From NCBI RefSeq assembly GCF_045131395.1, contig NZ_JBGUQY010000024.1:86069-150068 (forward strand): a stretch of 64,000 nucleotides of DNA. Reading direction: 5' to 3'. Below are positions 1 through 9,824 of this stretch, piece by piece. Origin of the DNA: Fibrobacter sp. Its GTDB lineage: Bacteria; Fibrobacterota; Fibrobacteria; Fibrobacterales; Fibrobacteraceae. The translations under genes were made by a program, and so were the position numbers. The notes under the pieces are model-generated. The model searched no databases and was not told the DNA's origin. It saw only the letters and a program-made list of their open reading frames with translations. The first letter of the stretch is position 1, and each line of letters begins with the position of its first letter.

Positions 1-65
1 GAAACGCGCTTGCATGTTTCTATATCCGAGGCGAACCAGTCATGCGCTTGCGCAATGACGTGGGG

Positions 66-674
66 CTACTTTATGGGGATATCGAACTCCAGGGACTGCT
101 TGGCGGATTCGCTCACGACCTTCGCCTTAAGCACCTTGGACTTGGGCTTTGCGAACAGGGGCACCACCATCAAATTCGACACCTTGCTGCTTTCTGCAGT
201 GGGTTTCGCCTCGCTATCGCGGGCCGTCTGGGAGAAAATCGGCTTCTTACCCTTGTCATAAATGTAGTAGGTCAGCTCGCGGGTGAACCCCGGCTTGATC
301 TGGTTCGTAGGCACCTGGAAATACACCATACCGCCCTTGGGCACCTTGCGCAAGCTGTCCCGAATCTCTTCTTCGGTGGCAAAATCGCCTTCCATCATCA
401 TGCGCACGTCTTTCTTGATCTTGTTGGCGCTTTCGTAGTTGACCGTAATCTGGAATTTTGCGTCTTCGGGAATGGCGCTGGGGCGCACATCGCGGACCTT
501 GGCATTGTTCTGATAGTATTCCCAACGGCCATTTTCGTGCAAAATCACCGTTGAACCGTTCGATGTGGTGGCAATAATGTCTTCAGCAAAGACCCCTGTC
601 GCAGAAAGCAACAGAATCATCGCTATAACCCATAAAAATCCAACCGACCCACATACCCAAACGTTCAACTTCAT
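66..674 (-). CDS. hypothetical secreted protein
   Basis: ORF 66..728. The internal ATG at 674 gives a signal-like N-terminus, MKLNVWVCGSVGFLWVIAMILLLSATGVFA. No family recognised. Confidence 0.55.
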   Translation of the reverse strand: MKLNVWVCGSVGFLWVIAMILLLSATGVFAEDIIATTSNGSTVILHENGRWEYYQNNAKVRDVRPSAIPEDAKFQITVNYESANKIKKDVRMMMEGDFATEEEIRDSLRKVPKGGMVYFQVPTNQIKPGFTRELTYYIYDKGKKPIFSQTARDSEAKPTAESSKVSNLMVVPLFAKPKSKVLKAKVVSESAKQSLEFDIPIK

Positions 675-774
675 GGGATCCTCTACACTTAGACACCTTG
701 AGCCTAATATATACGATTCAGCCCCCAAAAGTCATTTTTCGGGCAAAAAAAATGCTACAATTTTGATACGGAAA

Positions 775-1890
775 TTACAATTTAATATTGAACGCTTTCA
801 GAGCTTCACCGAGAACCTTGAAGAAGTCTTCGATGTCCTTTACGTCGATGGCACCAAGGGCACAGAGGCGGAAGGTATTCGTCGTCGAAATCTTGCCCGG
901 ATAAATGGTAAAACCGCGGTCATAGCAGTAGTCGTGCACCTTCTCGAAATCCCAGTTCGGGTCTTCGGGGTATTTGACGGAAACGACGAGGCCCGATTCG
1001 ATGGACGGGTCGATAACGGTATCGAAGCCGAGTTCAGCCACACCCTTGCGGATTGCTTCGTAAACGCGGCGGTGACGGGCAAACTTTGCGGATTCACCTT
1101 CAGCAAAATATTCCTTGAGTGCCTGGATGGTGGCGTAGATGGTCTGCACCGGCGGCGTGAAGTGCATTTCGCCGGTCTTTTCGAAGAAAGAATATTGCAG
1201 GTAAAGGTTGCAGTAGTACGAACGCGTCGGGTAGTCCTTTGACTTCTCGATAATGTCCTTGCGGCCAATCACAAAGGAGAGGCCGGACATGGCCATGAGA
1301 CCCTTCTGGGCCGAAGCCATGCAGAAGTCCACGTTATCTTTCACCACATCGAGGGGAATCATGCCGAGCGTCGAGGTCGTGTCGGTAATGAAGATGGCAC
1401 CGTACTTGTGTGCCAATGCGCCGATTTCGCGGATGGGGTTCAGCACGCCCGTACCCGTTTCATGATGGCAGCAGTAGACAACAGCCACGTCGGGATTTTC
1501 CTGCAAGGTCTTCTCGACAGCGGCAAGGTCCGGGCGTTCGAACACGCTGGACTTCAGGTTGATATGCGGCAGATGGTACATCTCGCAGACTTCGACAGCG
1601 CGGGAGTTGTAAGCGCCGTTATTCACTACGAGAATCTTCTTGCCTTCGGGAACCAGCGAGTTGATGCACACGTCGATATTGATGGTGCCGGAACCGCAGA
1701 AGAGAACGGAAGTGTACTGGTCGGCAGGAGCATGCACCACCTTGAGCAAGTCTTCGCGGAGGCCCTTCATGAGGCCGGCAAAGGCCTTTTCACGGGGGCA
1801 GATATCCGGAACCACCTGGGCGTACTTGACGGTGTCGGTGGTGGTGGCGGGGCCGGGGTTCAGCAACACGTTTCTCTTGATCGGTTCCAT
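775..1890 (-). CDS. phnW: 2-aminoethylphosphonate--pyruvate transaminase (class V aminotransferase)
   Basis: N-terminus NVLLNPGPATTTDTVKYA and overall class-V aminotransferase look. It is the last gene of an operon with PEP mutase and phosphonopyruvate decarboxylase. Confidence 0.8.
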   Translation of the reverse strand: MEPIKRNVLLNPGPATTTDTVKYAQVVPDICPREKAFAGLMKGLREDLLKVVHAPADQYTSVLFCGSGTINIDVCINSLVPEGKKILVVNNGAYNSRAVEVCEMYHLPHINLKSSVFERPDLAAVEKTLQENPDVAVVYCCHHETGTGVLNPIREIGALAHKYGAIFITDTTSTLGMIPLDVVKDNVDFCMASAQKGLMAMSGLSFVIGRKDIIEKSKDYPTRSYYCNLYLQYSFFEKTGEMHFTPPVQTIYATIQALKEYFAEGESAKFARHRRVYEAIRKGVAELGFDTVIDPSIESGLVVSVKYPEDPNWDFEKVHDYCYDRGFTIYPGKISTTNTFRLCALGAIDVKDIEDFFKVLGEALKAFNIKL

Positions 1891-1919
1891 AGATATTTCC
1901 TTAAAATCGTCCGTAAAAT

Positions 1920-2639
1920 TTAGAGGTACTGGAGGATGTTCTTTTCGGCGTAGGCCAAATCGTCCACGTCGTCGATTTCATACCACTTGAGGCCATCCAC
2001 CTTGAGCACGAACACCTTCATCTTTTCCTGCGACATGGTCAGCAGCTCGTATTCGTAACCCAGCTTCGGCTTCTCAACGACCTTGGCGGCGTAATCTTCG
2101 CACATGGCCTTGTAGAACTTGTTCGAAAGCTTGTGGATGCCCACCAGTTCGCCCTTTGCATCCAGCTGGGTCTTGTCGGTGGAGCACATGGTAAGGCGGC
2201 CACCTTCGCCGAATTCCACGTAGTACTGGTCCTGGAACTTGGTTACGGGCGTAATGAGCATGATGGTGGGCTCGGAACATTCAAGGAGAGAGGTGATGGC
2301 CTTCTTCTCGAAAACGAGGTCCGATTCCAGAAGCAAAAAGTCGTCATCGCCGATGACGTCGCGGCAGTTGTACAGCGTGTACATGCTGTTGGTTTCGGCG
2401 TAGCGGGGACTGAACACGCATTCGATCTGCGGGTAGGTGGCCTTGAGGGCTTCGTACTTTTCCTTGTGGTAGCCGGTACCGATGACGATGCGTTCAATGC
2501 CGCAGTCAATCAACGTCTTGATGCTACGTTCGACCATGGAAAGGTCACCGCATTCGATAAAACCCTTGGGAATGGTCTCGGTGTACTTGCCGAAGCGGGT
2601 TCCCATTCCCGCCGCCATGATGACAGCCGTCTTGACCAT
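1920..2639 (-). CDS. LicC/PntC-type nucleotidyltransferase (putative AEP or phosphocholine-type cytidylyltransferase)
   Basis: MAAGMGTRFG...IPKGFIE NTP-transferase signature in a 239-aa protein. The gene is embedded between ppd and phnW, and its start lies 1 nt from the upstream stop. Confidence 0.7.
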   Translation of the reverse strand: MVKTAVIMAAGMGTRFGKYTETIPKGFIECGDLSMVERSIKTLIDCGIERIVIGTGYHKEKYEALKATYPQIECVFSPRYAETNSMYTLYNCRDVIGDDDFLLLESDLVFEKKAITSLLECSEPTIMLITPVTKFQDQYYVEFGEGGRLTMCSTDKTQLDAKGELVGIHKLSNKFYKAMCEDYAAKVVEKPKLGYEYELLTMSQEKMKVFVLKVDGLKWYEIDDVDDLAYAEKNILQYL

Positions 2640-2640
2640 C

Positions 2641-3768
2641 TTACTTCCTCAGAAATTCCATCAATGCGTTCTTGTTCTCGATAGGCGTAGTGGTCGGGCG
2701 TCCGAGATCCTTGCGGTTGCCCTTCTTCACCTTGACTTCCAGGAGCACGGGGCCCTGCATGCCCTTCAGCTTTTCGAGGGCGGCGGCAAGGGTTTCCTTG
2801 CTGTCGGCGGAGAGGGCATCGCGGTAACCCACGGCCTTCGCAACAGCGGGCAGGTCAATTTTCAGGCCCACCGTCGGCTGGCCGCCAACGGAATCGTGGG
2901 CTCCGTTATTGAACACCACGTGTACATAATTTGCGGGAGCCTTGCTTGCGACAATCGCCATGGAACCCATGTGCATAATCGTCGCGCCGTCACCGTCAAA
3001 ACACCAAACCTTGCGGTCTTCTTTTTCCATCGCGATGCCGAGGGCAATCTGCGAGGCGTGTCCCATGGAACCCACCGTCAGGAAGTCGCGCTCGTGGCCT
3101 TCACCCTTCTGGGCGCGGTATTCGAAAAGTTCACGGCTGATCATGCCCGTAGTAGAGACGACAACGTCCTTCTCGCCAAGGGCGGCCGCCACCGTCTGGA
3201 TGGCCTCTTCGCGGCTCATCGTGAGGTCGTTCTTCTCGACGCTCTGGAGCTTGTAATCTTCGAAGGTATCCTTCTCGATGACGAGCGCATAGACCTCGCC
3301 CGTCTCCTTCATCGTCTTCACAGCCTTCTCGATCTGCTTGGCGGCCTTGTCCTCTTCCTTGCAGAGCACGTCAAAGTTCACGCCCATGGTGTTGAGAATG
3401 CCAGTCGTCACCTTGCCCTGCTTCACGTGCTGCGGTTCATCGTGCACGCCGGGGCGTCCGCGCCAGCCAATGAGCAACAGAGCGGGAATGTTGTAGACTT
3501 CCTTGTCCGTCAGCGAGGCGAGCGGGTTGATGATGTTGCCTTCGCCGGAATTCTGCATGTAGACCACGCCGATTTTGCCTGTAGCGAGGTGGTAACCCGC
3601 GGCAAGGCCCACGGCGGCGCCTTCGTTTGCGGCAATCACGTTATGCTTGGCATCCTTGTTGTCGGCAATGTAGGCGCAGATGTTCTTGAGCAGGGAATCG
3701 GGTACGCCGGCATAGAAGTCAATGCCGTAAGAACCCAGGGTGTCAATAAAAAACTTCGGGCTGATCAT
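2641..3768 (-). CDS. aepY: phosphonopyruvate decarboxylase (ThDP-dependent)
   Basis: N-terminal FYAGVPDSLLK motif and a ThDP-enzyme GDG...NN region (CFDGDGATIMHMG...VVFNNGAHDS). It lies immediately downstream of PEP mutase. Confidence 0.85.
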   Translation of the reverse strand: MISPKFFIDTLGSYGIDFYAGVPDSLLKNICAYIADNKDAKHNVIAANEGAAVGLAAGYHLATGKIGVVYMQNSGEGNIINPLASLTDKEVYNIPALLLIGWRGRPGVHDEPQHVKQGKVTTGILNTMGVNFDVLCKEEDKAAKQIEKAVKTMKETGEVYALVIEKDTFEDYKLQSVEKNDLTMSREEAIQTVAAALGEKDVVVSTTGMISRELFEYRAQKGEGHERDFLTVGSMGHASQIALGIAMEKEDRKVWCFDGDGATIMHMGSMAIVASKAPANYVHVVFNNGAHDSVGGQPTVGLKIDLPAVAKAVGYRDALSADSKETLAAALEKLKGMQGPVLLEVKVKKGNRKDLGRPTTTPIENKNALMEFLRK

Positions 3769-3772
3769 GTCG

Positions 3773-5083
3773 TTACTTCTTCATCGTTCCGGGGATGAGG
3801 TTCAGGATTTCCTTGATGGGCATGCAGTAGTCGTTGGAGGCTTCCAGGCTGCGGCTATGCGTCAGGATGGATTCCGCGCACTTCACCATGGCCGGATAGG
3901 CAGACCGCAACATGTGGTTCGCGTAGATGACCACATTGATGCCCCAGGTGGCCAATTCCTCTTCGGTAAACTGGTTGTAGGTGGTGGGCACGGCCACGAT
4001 CGGCGTGTGCGCATCCTTTTCGCGGAAGCGACGGCAGAATTCCTTGATGTCCTCGCCGCTCTTGTCCTTGGAGTGGATCATGATGCCGTCAGTACCGGCA
4101 GCAACGTAGGCGTGGCAGCGTTCCAGGGCATCGTCCACGGACTTGCCCGCAATCAGAGATTCGCAGCGGGAAATCACCATGAAGTCTTCGGTGACCTGGG
4201 CTTCCTTGCCCGCACGGATCTTGGTGCAGAAACCTTCGATGGTGTCCTGCGTCTGGATGGCGTCAGTACCGAACAGGGAATTTTGCTTAAGGCCAACCTT
4301 GTCCTCGATAATCACTGCAGAAATGCCGAGACGTTCAAGCGTACGCACAGTGAAGCCGAAGTGTTCTACCTTTCCACCGGTATCGCCGTCAAAGATGACC
4401 GGTTTGGTCGTGACTTCCAGCGTATCGTTCAAATCATGCAAGCGGGTCGTCAGGTCCACCGCCTCGATATCCGGCTTACCCTTACTGGTAGAATCAGTCA
4501 GCGAAGACGACCACATGCCGTCGAACTCGCGCACGCAGCCGTCGATTTCGACGCTGGTGTGTTCGGCAATAAGGCCGGTAAGGCCGTTGTGGGATTCCAA
4601 TATGCGGACTATCGGCTTGGCCGCGATCAGGCGGCGCAGCGCAGAAAGTCTTGCCTGCGGCGTGGTACCTAGGCTATCCATTTCCTTCTTGAGTCCCGTA
4701 GAAGTGATGCCCTTGGTATATGGAATTTCAATGACCTTACCGCCCTGGGCTTCCATAACCTTGAAGACTTCGTCACGGATAAACTTGTCCGGTCCGTAAA
4801 GCCAGTCATCGCCGTGAATGATGTAGTCGGGCTTGTACTTCTTCAGGTTTTCCACATAGCTCCATTCGTCCTGCGGAACCACCTTGGCAACGCCCTTGAT
4901 GTTCTCCACAACATTTTTGCGTTGCTCGTAATTCAAATACGGGAGTCTCTTGTGCGTAGCAATCGCTTTGTCAGTAAAAAGCCCAATCATCACGTCACCG
5001 TACTTGGCGCCCTCATTGATAATGTTGATGAGGCCCGGGTGCATGATGTCACCAATCATTCCTAGATAAACCGTCTTTGCCAT
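3773..5083 (-). CDS. aepX: cytidylyltransferase-like domain fused to phosphoenolpyruvate mutase
   Basis: The N-terminal ~130 aa resemble HIGH-type cytidylyltransferases (GDIMHPGLINII). The C-terminal ICL/PEP-mutase fold has DGDTGG and IEDKVGLKQNS, matching the PepM-diagnostic EDKxxxxxNS motif. Confidence 0.85.
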   Translation of the reverse strand: MAKTVYLGMIGDIMHPGLINIINEGAKYGDVMIGLFTDKAIATHKRLPYLNYEQRKNVVENIKGVAKVVPQDEWSYVENLKKYKPDYIIHGDDWLYGPDKFIRDEVFKVMEAQGGKVIEIPYTKGITSTGLKKEMDSLGTTPQARLSALRRLIAAKPIVRILESHNGLTGLIAEHTSVEIDGCVREFDGMWSSSLTDSTSKGKPDIEAVDLTTRLHDLNDTLEVTTKPVIFDGDTGGKVEHFGFTVRTLERLGISAVIIEDKVGLKQNSLFGTDAIQTQDTIEGFCTKIRAGKEAQVTEDFMVISRCESLIAGKSVDDALERCHAYVAAGTDGIMIHSKDKSGEDIKEFCRRFREKDAHTPIVAVPTTYNQFTEEELATWGINVVIYANHMLRSAYPAMVKCAESILTHSRSLEASNDYCMPIKEILNLIPGTMKK

Positions 5084-5155
5084 TTTTCATTTTCCAGAGT
5101 TAAACGCAACTCAATTATAGAAATCTATGGTGACCTATTTCCGAAAGTCTTTTTC

Positions 5156-5714
5156 TCAATTGTCTTGATAGAGTCCAAAAAAGCCTTTTCCACAGCCTGC
5201 TCGTGAGAAAGTATCCGCCTTGGGGTCGTAATCAATGCTCGTCGCGTAAATGTCGAGAACCTGTCGGTAGAACACCTTCTCGCTGGCACGGATGTCGCGA
5301 ATCCGCGCCAGAAGTTCCTGCCAATAGTTGCCACCGCCGAGATTTTTCAGACGTTCATCGTCCATCGTGAAGCCCTTGACAATATACTCCTTGAGGCGCT
5401 TCGTGGCCCACTGCCTGAACTGGGTGCCGCGCAGGGACTTTACGCGGTAACCAACAGAAATAATGACGTCAAGGTTGTAAAAATTGGCCTTTTTCGTCAA
5501 ATTTTGCATAAATTCGGAATTTCCGAACAACCACTTTTTCGTCAAGTTCCCCCTCTTTGAATACATTCTTTATATACTCGTTTATGGTTGATTTCGACTT
5601 GCTAAACAACACCGACATCTGGTCCTGTGTAAGCCAGGCAGTCTCATCCTCAAAGCGGACCTCAACATTGATTGCCTCGTCATCGGTTTTGAAAATTACA
5701 ATCTCTTTATTCAT
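5156..5714 (-). pseudogene. RhuM-family (virulence-associated) gene, frameshifted and 3'-truncated
   Basis: Two overlapping ORFs (5469..5750 and 5156..5566) together give RhuM-like sequence: VVVRKFR.., NFYNLDVIISVGYRV, QFRQWATKRLKEYIVKGF, IRASEKVFYRQ. The frame changes near 5480-5500. Homology ends after SIDYDPKAD, well short of the normal ~330-aa length. Confidence 0.7.
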
Positions 5715-5858
5715 GCTGATCCAGAGAAAAACATATACACATTTGTTCACTACAAAATATACACAAACGGCGGGCAGATGTCAAGCCTTTTCCGCAAAAC
5801 TGATTTACACTTCACCGCAGACTTTGAAAAAAATGTTTACAGAAAGGCTACATTTTTC

Positions 5859-5866
5859 TATCTTTG
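5859..5866 (+). promoter_or_regulatory. candidate -7 promoter box TATCTTTG (TAnnTTTG type)
   Basis: Matches the Bacteroidota-type TAnnTTTG motif, 21 nt upstream of the ATG at 5888. Confidence 0.35.
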
Positions 5867-5887
5867 GCCTAAAGAGGAATACAATAC

Positions 5888-6841
5888 ATGAAAGTCATTT
5901 TGCCCGTAGCCGGCAAGGGCGAACGTATGCGCCCTTACACCAACAACCTGCCGAAGTGCTTGCTGCCCGTGGGCGGCAAGACCATTATCGACTGGATTGT
6001 GGCGGACACGCTCCCGCTCCAGGCAACAGAGACCATCTTCATTACCGGGTACAAGGCCGAGACCATCGACGAGTTCCTCACCCGGCGCCCGGAATGGGGC
6101 AAGACCCGCACCGTATTGCAAAGCGACCCGCAAGGGCTAGGCCAGGCCGTAAGCCTTGCGCTCCCCTACGTGGCTGACGACGAGCCGCTCCTCATTATCC
6201 TCGGCGACACCCTGTTCCAGGCGGACCTCCAGAGCCTCGCCAACGCGAACGAAAACATTCTCTACACGTACAGGGTCAAAGACCCGAGCCGATTCGGCGT
6301 GGCCGTGACCGACATAAATGGCAACATCGAACGGCTGGTCGAAAAGCCCCAGGAATTTATTAGCGACGAGGCCATCGTAGGCATCTACTACATCAAGGAC
6401 ACCAAGGCGCTCCGGGAATCTCTCCGCAACCTGATGGACAACGACATCCGCACCCGCGGGGAATTCCAGCTGACAGACGCCCTCCAGATGATGATCGAGA
6501 AAGGCTGCAAGTTCCGCACCGCCCCCGTGCAGGAATGGCTGGACTGCGGATTGCCGGAGACCCTAATCCAGACCAACACCTGGTTGTTGCAGAACAAACA
6601 CGGGCTTAACAACGTCAACCGTGCAACGGTAGACCAGCGAGCCACTATTCAAAATACAAAGCTGATTTCCCCATGCATTATCGGCAAAAACGCAACCATT
6701 GAAAATTGTACCATTGGCCCCAACGTAACCATCGGCAACAACTGCACCCTAAAAGATGTCATCACAAAAGACTGCATTGTATGGGATAACGAAAACGTCA
6801 ACAACTCCTACATAGAAAAACAAATTGTAGCAAACGGTTGA
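5888..6841 (+). CDS. sugar-1-phosphate nucleotidyltransferase with C-terminal left-handed beta-helix
   Basis: N-terminus KVILPVAGKGERMRPYT..PKCLLPV. The C-terminus has hexapeptide repeats (IGKNATIENCTIGPNVTIGNNCTL). Confidence 0.75.
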   Translation: MKVILPVAGKGERMRPYTNNLPKCLLPVGGKTIIDWIVADTLPLQATETIFITGYKAETIDEFLTRRPEWGKTRTVLQSDPQGLGQAVSLALPYVADDEPLLIILGDTLFQADLQSLANANENILYTYRVKDPSRFGVAVTDINGNIERLVEKPQEFISDEAIVGIYYIKDTKALRESLRNLMDNDIRTRGEFQLTDALQMMIEKGCKFRTAPVQEWLDCGLPETLIQTNTWLLQNKHGLNNVNRATVDQRATIQNTKLISPCIIGKNATIENCTIGPNVTIGNNCTLKDVITKDCIVWDNENVNNSYIEKQIVANG

Positions 6842-6851
6842 TTGCGCAAAA

Positions 6852-8519
6852 ATGAAAACGCTTTCAAGATCTTATTTTCATTCCATACTTCTTTTTGCAA
6901 TTTCATACACTTCACTAACATCATTTATTGCCTGCAGCAATAGCGATGGGATAGATTACGCCGAATGGGAGTATTACAACGTTGATAGCGAAGAGGACTC
7001 CCTGGTCGAGCCCCAAAAACAAGGTTGTTTCAACAGCTTTAGGTTACCTAATTTACAATCAATTGCATGTCAAAAAAAATTCTATTCTAATGACACCGTA
7101 ACCGATTTTCCGCAATCCGGCTTTTTCCAGAATACATTCACCATCGTTTTCCCGAACAAGAAACCATTAAATTGTGAAACCGGCGGAAAAGTACCAACAG
7201 CAGAAAGCCCCCTGATATCGGCAATACTTATCGACTCTTCAACCACTATTCGATGCGTTGACTTCTCTGCAAAATCAACATACAACGAAATCATCCGCAC
7301 CTACATTCTAGAAAAAGCCCCTGACATTGCAAGCGTATTTATAACCACGGATCCCAATTCCCTATTTGACCCCGACACCGGAATTTATATGGAAGGCTCC
7401 AATGCCCAAAAAAAAATGCCTCATAATGGAGCAAATTATTGGTTAGATAAGGAAATTCCGATTTTTATCGAACTTATAGAGCCAGAAACGTCAACTTCAG
7501 TTTTTGCAAAGTATGCGGGATTGAAAATTTTTGGCAACTGGAGTCGCGCAAATGCGAAGAAATCCGTGGCAATTACATTCCGTGAAAAGTATGGCAACAA
7601 ACGACTACATTACCAACTTTTCCCAGAATTTCCAGAATTAAAAGAGTTCAAAGGATTTATTCTACGGAACTTTGGAAATAGCTTTGGACTGGATTACATT
7701 CGAGACCGTCTCGCAAGTTCCCTTAGCGAAGGTCTAGGAGTTGATTATCAACGAGGACGTTACACTGTAGTTTATTACAATGGTAATTATTTTGGCCTTC
7801 ACGATCTACGTGAACGATCTAACGAATACTACTTTGAAACGCATTATGGGATTAGTCATGATAAGATAAACCTGCTTAAAGCAGACAACTCTGTTTCGGC
7901 CGGTTCAGCAACTGACTACATAGCCTTAATGGATTGGTTGAAAAACCATAATTTAGATAACGACAGCAACTATGCATACATCGCTTCAAAAATTGACATT
8001 GACAACTACATTAATTATTTGCAAGTGGAATTGTTTGCAAATAATCTCGATTGGCCAGGAAACAACCTAAAAAAATGGAATAGCCCAAGCATTCAACATA
8101 AATGGAAATGGTTTTTATATGATCTAGATTTTGGATTTGGATATGCATCGTATACCCAATACAACATATTTGATTACGTATTGTCAGAAACAGGCAATAA
8201 TTGGAAAAATGCTCCAGCACACACTTTACTTCTTAGAAAACTTATAGAAAATGCTAATTTTAAAAATACGTTTATAAATCAAATGGAAATACTCCTACAA
8301 ACAAATTTCAAAACATCTCGGATTACAGCAAAAATAAACCAGCTAATGGAAGAAATCGAATCGGAAATTCCACGGGACCAGAAACAATGGTCTTTAAACG
8401 CATCAAAGATGGAATTCCATCTACAAGAAATCATTAAATTCGCTGAGCAACGTCCTGCAATCATTATCAATAACCTTCATGAACATTTTAAAATTGAAGA
8501 CCATCTGCCACACCCCTAA
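6852..8519 (+). CDS. CotH-family lipoprotein (atypical kinase fold family)
   Basis: Lipobox SFIACS. CotH-like core: KIFGNWSRANAKKSVAITFREKYG...LRNFGNSFGLDYIRDRL...YYNGNYFGLH. Confidence 0.7.
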   Translation: MKTLSRSYFHSILLFAISYTSLTSFIACSNSDGIDYAEWEYYNVDSEEDSLVEPQKQGCFNSFRLPNLQSIACQKKFYSNDTVTDFPQSGFFQNTFTIVFPNKKPLNCETGGKVPTAESPLISAILIDSSTTIRCVDFSAKSTYNEIIRTYILEKAPDIASVFITTDPNSLFDPDTGIYMEGSNAQKKMPHNGANYWLDKEIPIFIELIEPETSTSVFAKYAGLKIFGNWSRANAKKSVAITFREKYGNKRLHYQLFPEFPELKEFKGFILRNFGNSFGLDYIRDRLASSLSEGLGVDYQRGRYTVVYYNGNYFGLHDLRERSNEYYFETHYGISHDKINLLKADNSVSAGSATDYIALMDWLKNHNLDNDSNYAYIASKIDIDNYINYLQVELFANNLDWPGNNLKKWNSPSIQHKWKWFLYDLDFGFGYASYTQYNIFDYVLSETGNNWKNAPAHTLLLRKLIENANFKNTFINQMEILLQTNFKTSRITAKINQLMEEIESEIPRDQKQWSLNASKMEFHLQEIIKFAEQRPAIIINNLHEHFKIEDHLPHP

Positions 8520-8537
8520 AAAATCACCTTTGTAAAG

Positions 8538-9821
8538 ATGCACTATCATTTCGTTAAACCACGCCCCCTACTCCTTGGTATCGTTATCTGCAGTCTGATT
8601 TTGGGATGCAGTAACAGCGAATATACTAATGGAACAAGATGGGATGATATAATTGTCAGCCAAGATTCAAATGCTTCAGCAAATTCTTTAAAATTAGACT
8701 ATCTACCATTGGACGACTCCGAATACCCCTACGCAGGAATTCCTCGAGTTGTCATCGAAACAATAAACCATCAGGCAATCAAAGACCGCGAAACAGAAAT
8801 TCCAGCCAAATTACAAATATGGGGAAAAAGCGCCCCCCAATCCACAATAATGACCTTAACAGTTAAAGGGCGAGGACACGATTCATGGGGATATCCCAAA
8901 AAATCGTATTCCATAAAATTTAACGAGAAACAATCTTTTCTTGGTATGCCTAAAGCAAAAAAATGGGTAATGCAAGCAAACTATAGAGACCGAACACTAA
9001 TCCGCAATGCAGTTGCGCTTGAACTAGCGCGAAGGACATCGCTCGCGTGGACCCCCAACGGAAAATTTGCAGATGTTTTTTTTAACAAGAAGTTTATAGG
9101 AAACTATTACATCTGCGAAAAAATTGAAGTGAAAAACAATCGGTTAGAATTAACAGACAATTCATATCTACTCGAATTTGATATGTATTATGACGAAGAA
9201 TTTAAATTTCGAACAGAATACAATAATCTTCCTGTGAATATCAAATATCCAAAAGACCTCGACAGCTACCAAGTTAATTATATAAAGCAATTTGTCGATT
9301 CGGCCGAATACGTTTTACAACGAAGTGCTGATGATACAACGTATCTTGATTATATTAACCAAGAATCATTCGTTGATTATTTCACAATATACGCTTTATC
9401 TACAAACGATGAACTCATGCATCCCAAAAGTGTCTATATGCATAAAGAAAGCAACGGAAAACTTCAAGCTGGTCCCGTATGGGATTTTGATTACGATACT
9501 TTTGATATTAAAAAAATTGGCTTAACAAACAGAAATACAATCTTATTTAGACAATTTTCAAGAAAATATTCCTTTAAAAGAGCTTTCTATCAAAGATGGA
9601 TTACCAATAGAGAATCTTTTTCCACAATAAATTCTTATATAGATTCTCTCTCAAACTATATTAGAGAATCAAATGAACAAAATATAAAACTTTGGCCAAT
9701 AAAAATAAATGCTCACAAAATAGGCGATGAAGAAAAAAATTTTGAGGACGCAATTGAAATGTTAAAATCATTTATTCAAGAAAGAATAAATGAGATGGAC
9801 ACTTTGATATACACAATTTAA
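8538..9821 (+). CDS. CotH-family lipoprotein
   Basis: Lipobox LILGCS. CotH core: LTVKGRGHDSWGYPKKSYSIKFNEKQSFLGMPKAKKWVMQANYRDRTLIRN. Clear paralog of 28611..29930. Confidence 0.75.
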   Translation: MHYHFVKPRPLLLGIVICSLILGCSNSEYTNGTRWDDIIVSQDSNASANSLKLDYLPLDDSEYPYAGIPRVVIETINHQAIKDRETEIPAKLQIWGKSAPQSTIMTLTVKGRGHDSWGYPKKSYSIKFNEKQSFLGMPKAKKWVMQANYRDRTLIRNAVALELARRTSLAWTPNGKFADVFFNKKFIGNYYICEKIEVKNNRLELTDNSYLLEFDMYYDEEFKFRTEYNNLPVNIKYPKDLDSYQVNYIKQFVDSAEYVLQRSADDTTYLDYINQESFVDYFTIYALSTNDELMHPKSVYMHKESNGKLQAGPVWDFDYDTFDIKKIGLTNRNTILFRQFSRKYSFKRAFYQRWITNRESFSTINSYIDSLSNYIRESNEQNIKLWPIKINAHKIGDEEKNFEDAIEMLKSFIQERINEMDTLIYTI

Positions 9822-9824
9822 TCT

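Noticed and set aside
2482-4672. Long plus-strand ORFs (2482..3798, 3740..4672, 4143..4799) opposite the AEP genes
   Set aside because: They are antisense shadow frames of well-supported minus-strand genes in GC-richer DNA. Their translations are Arg/Ala/His/Gly-rich and match no family.
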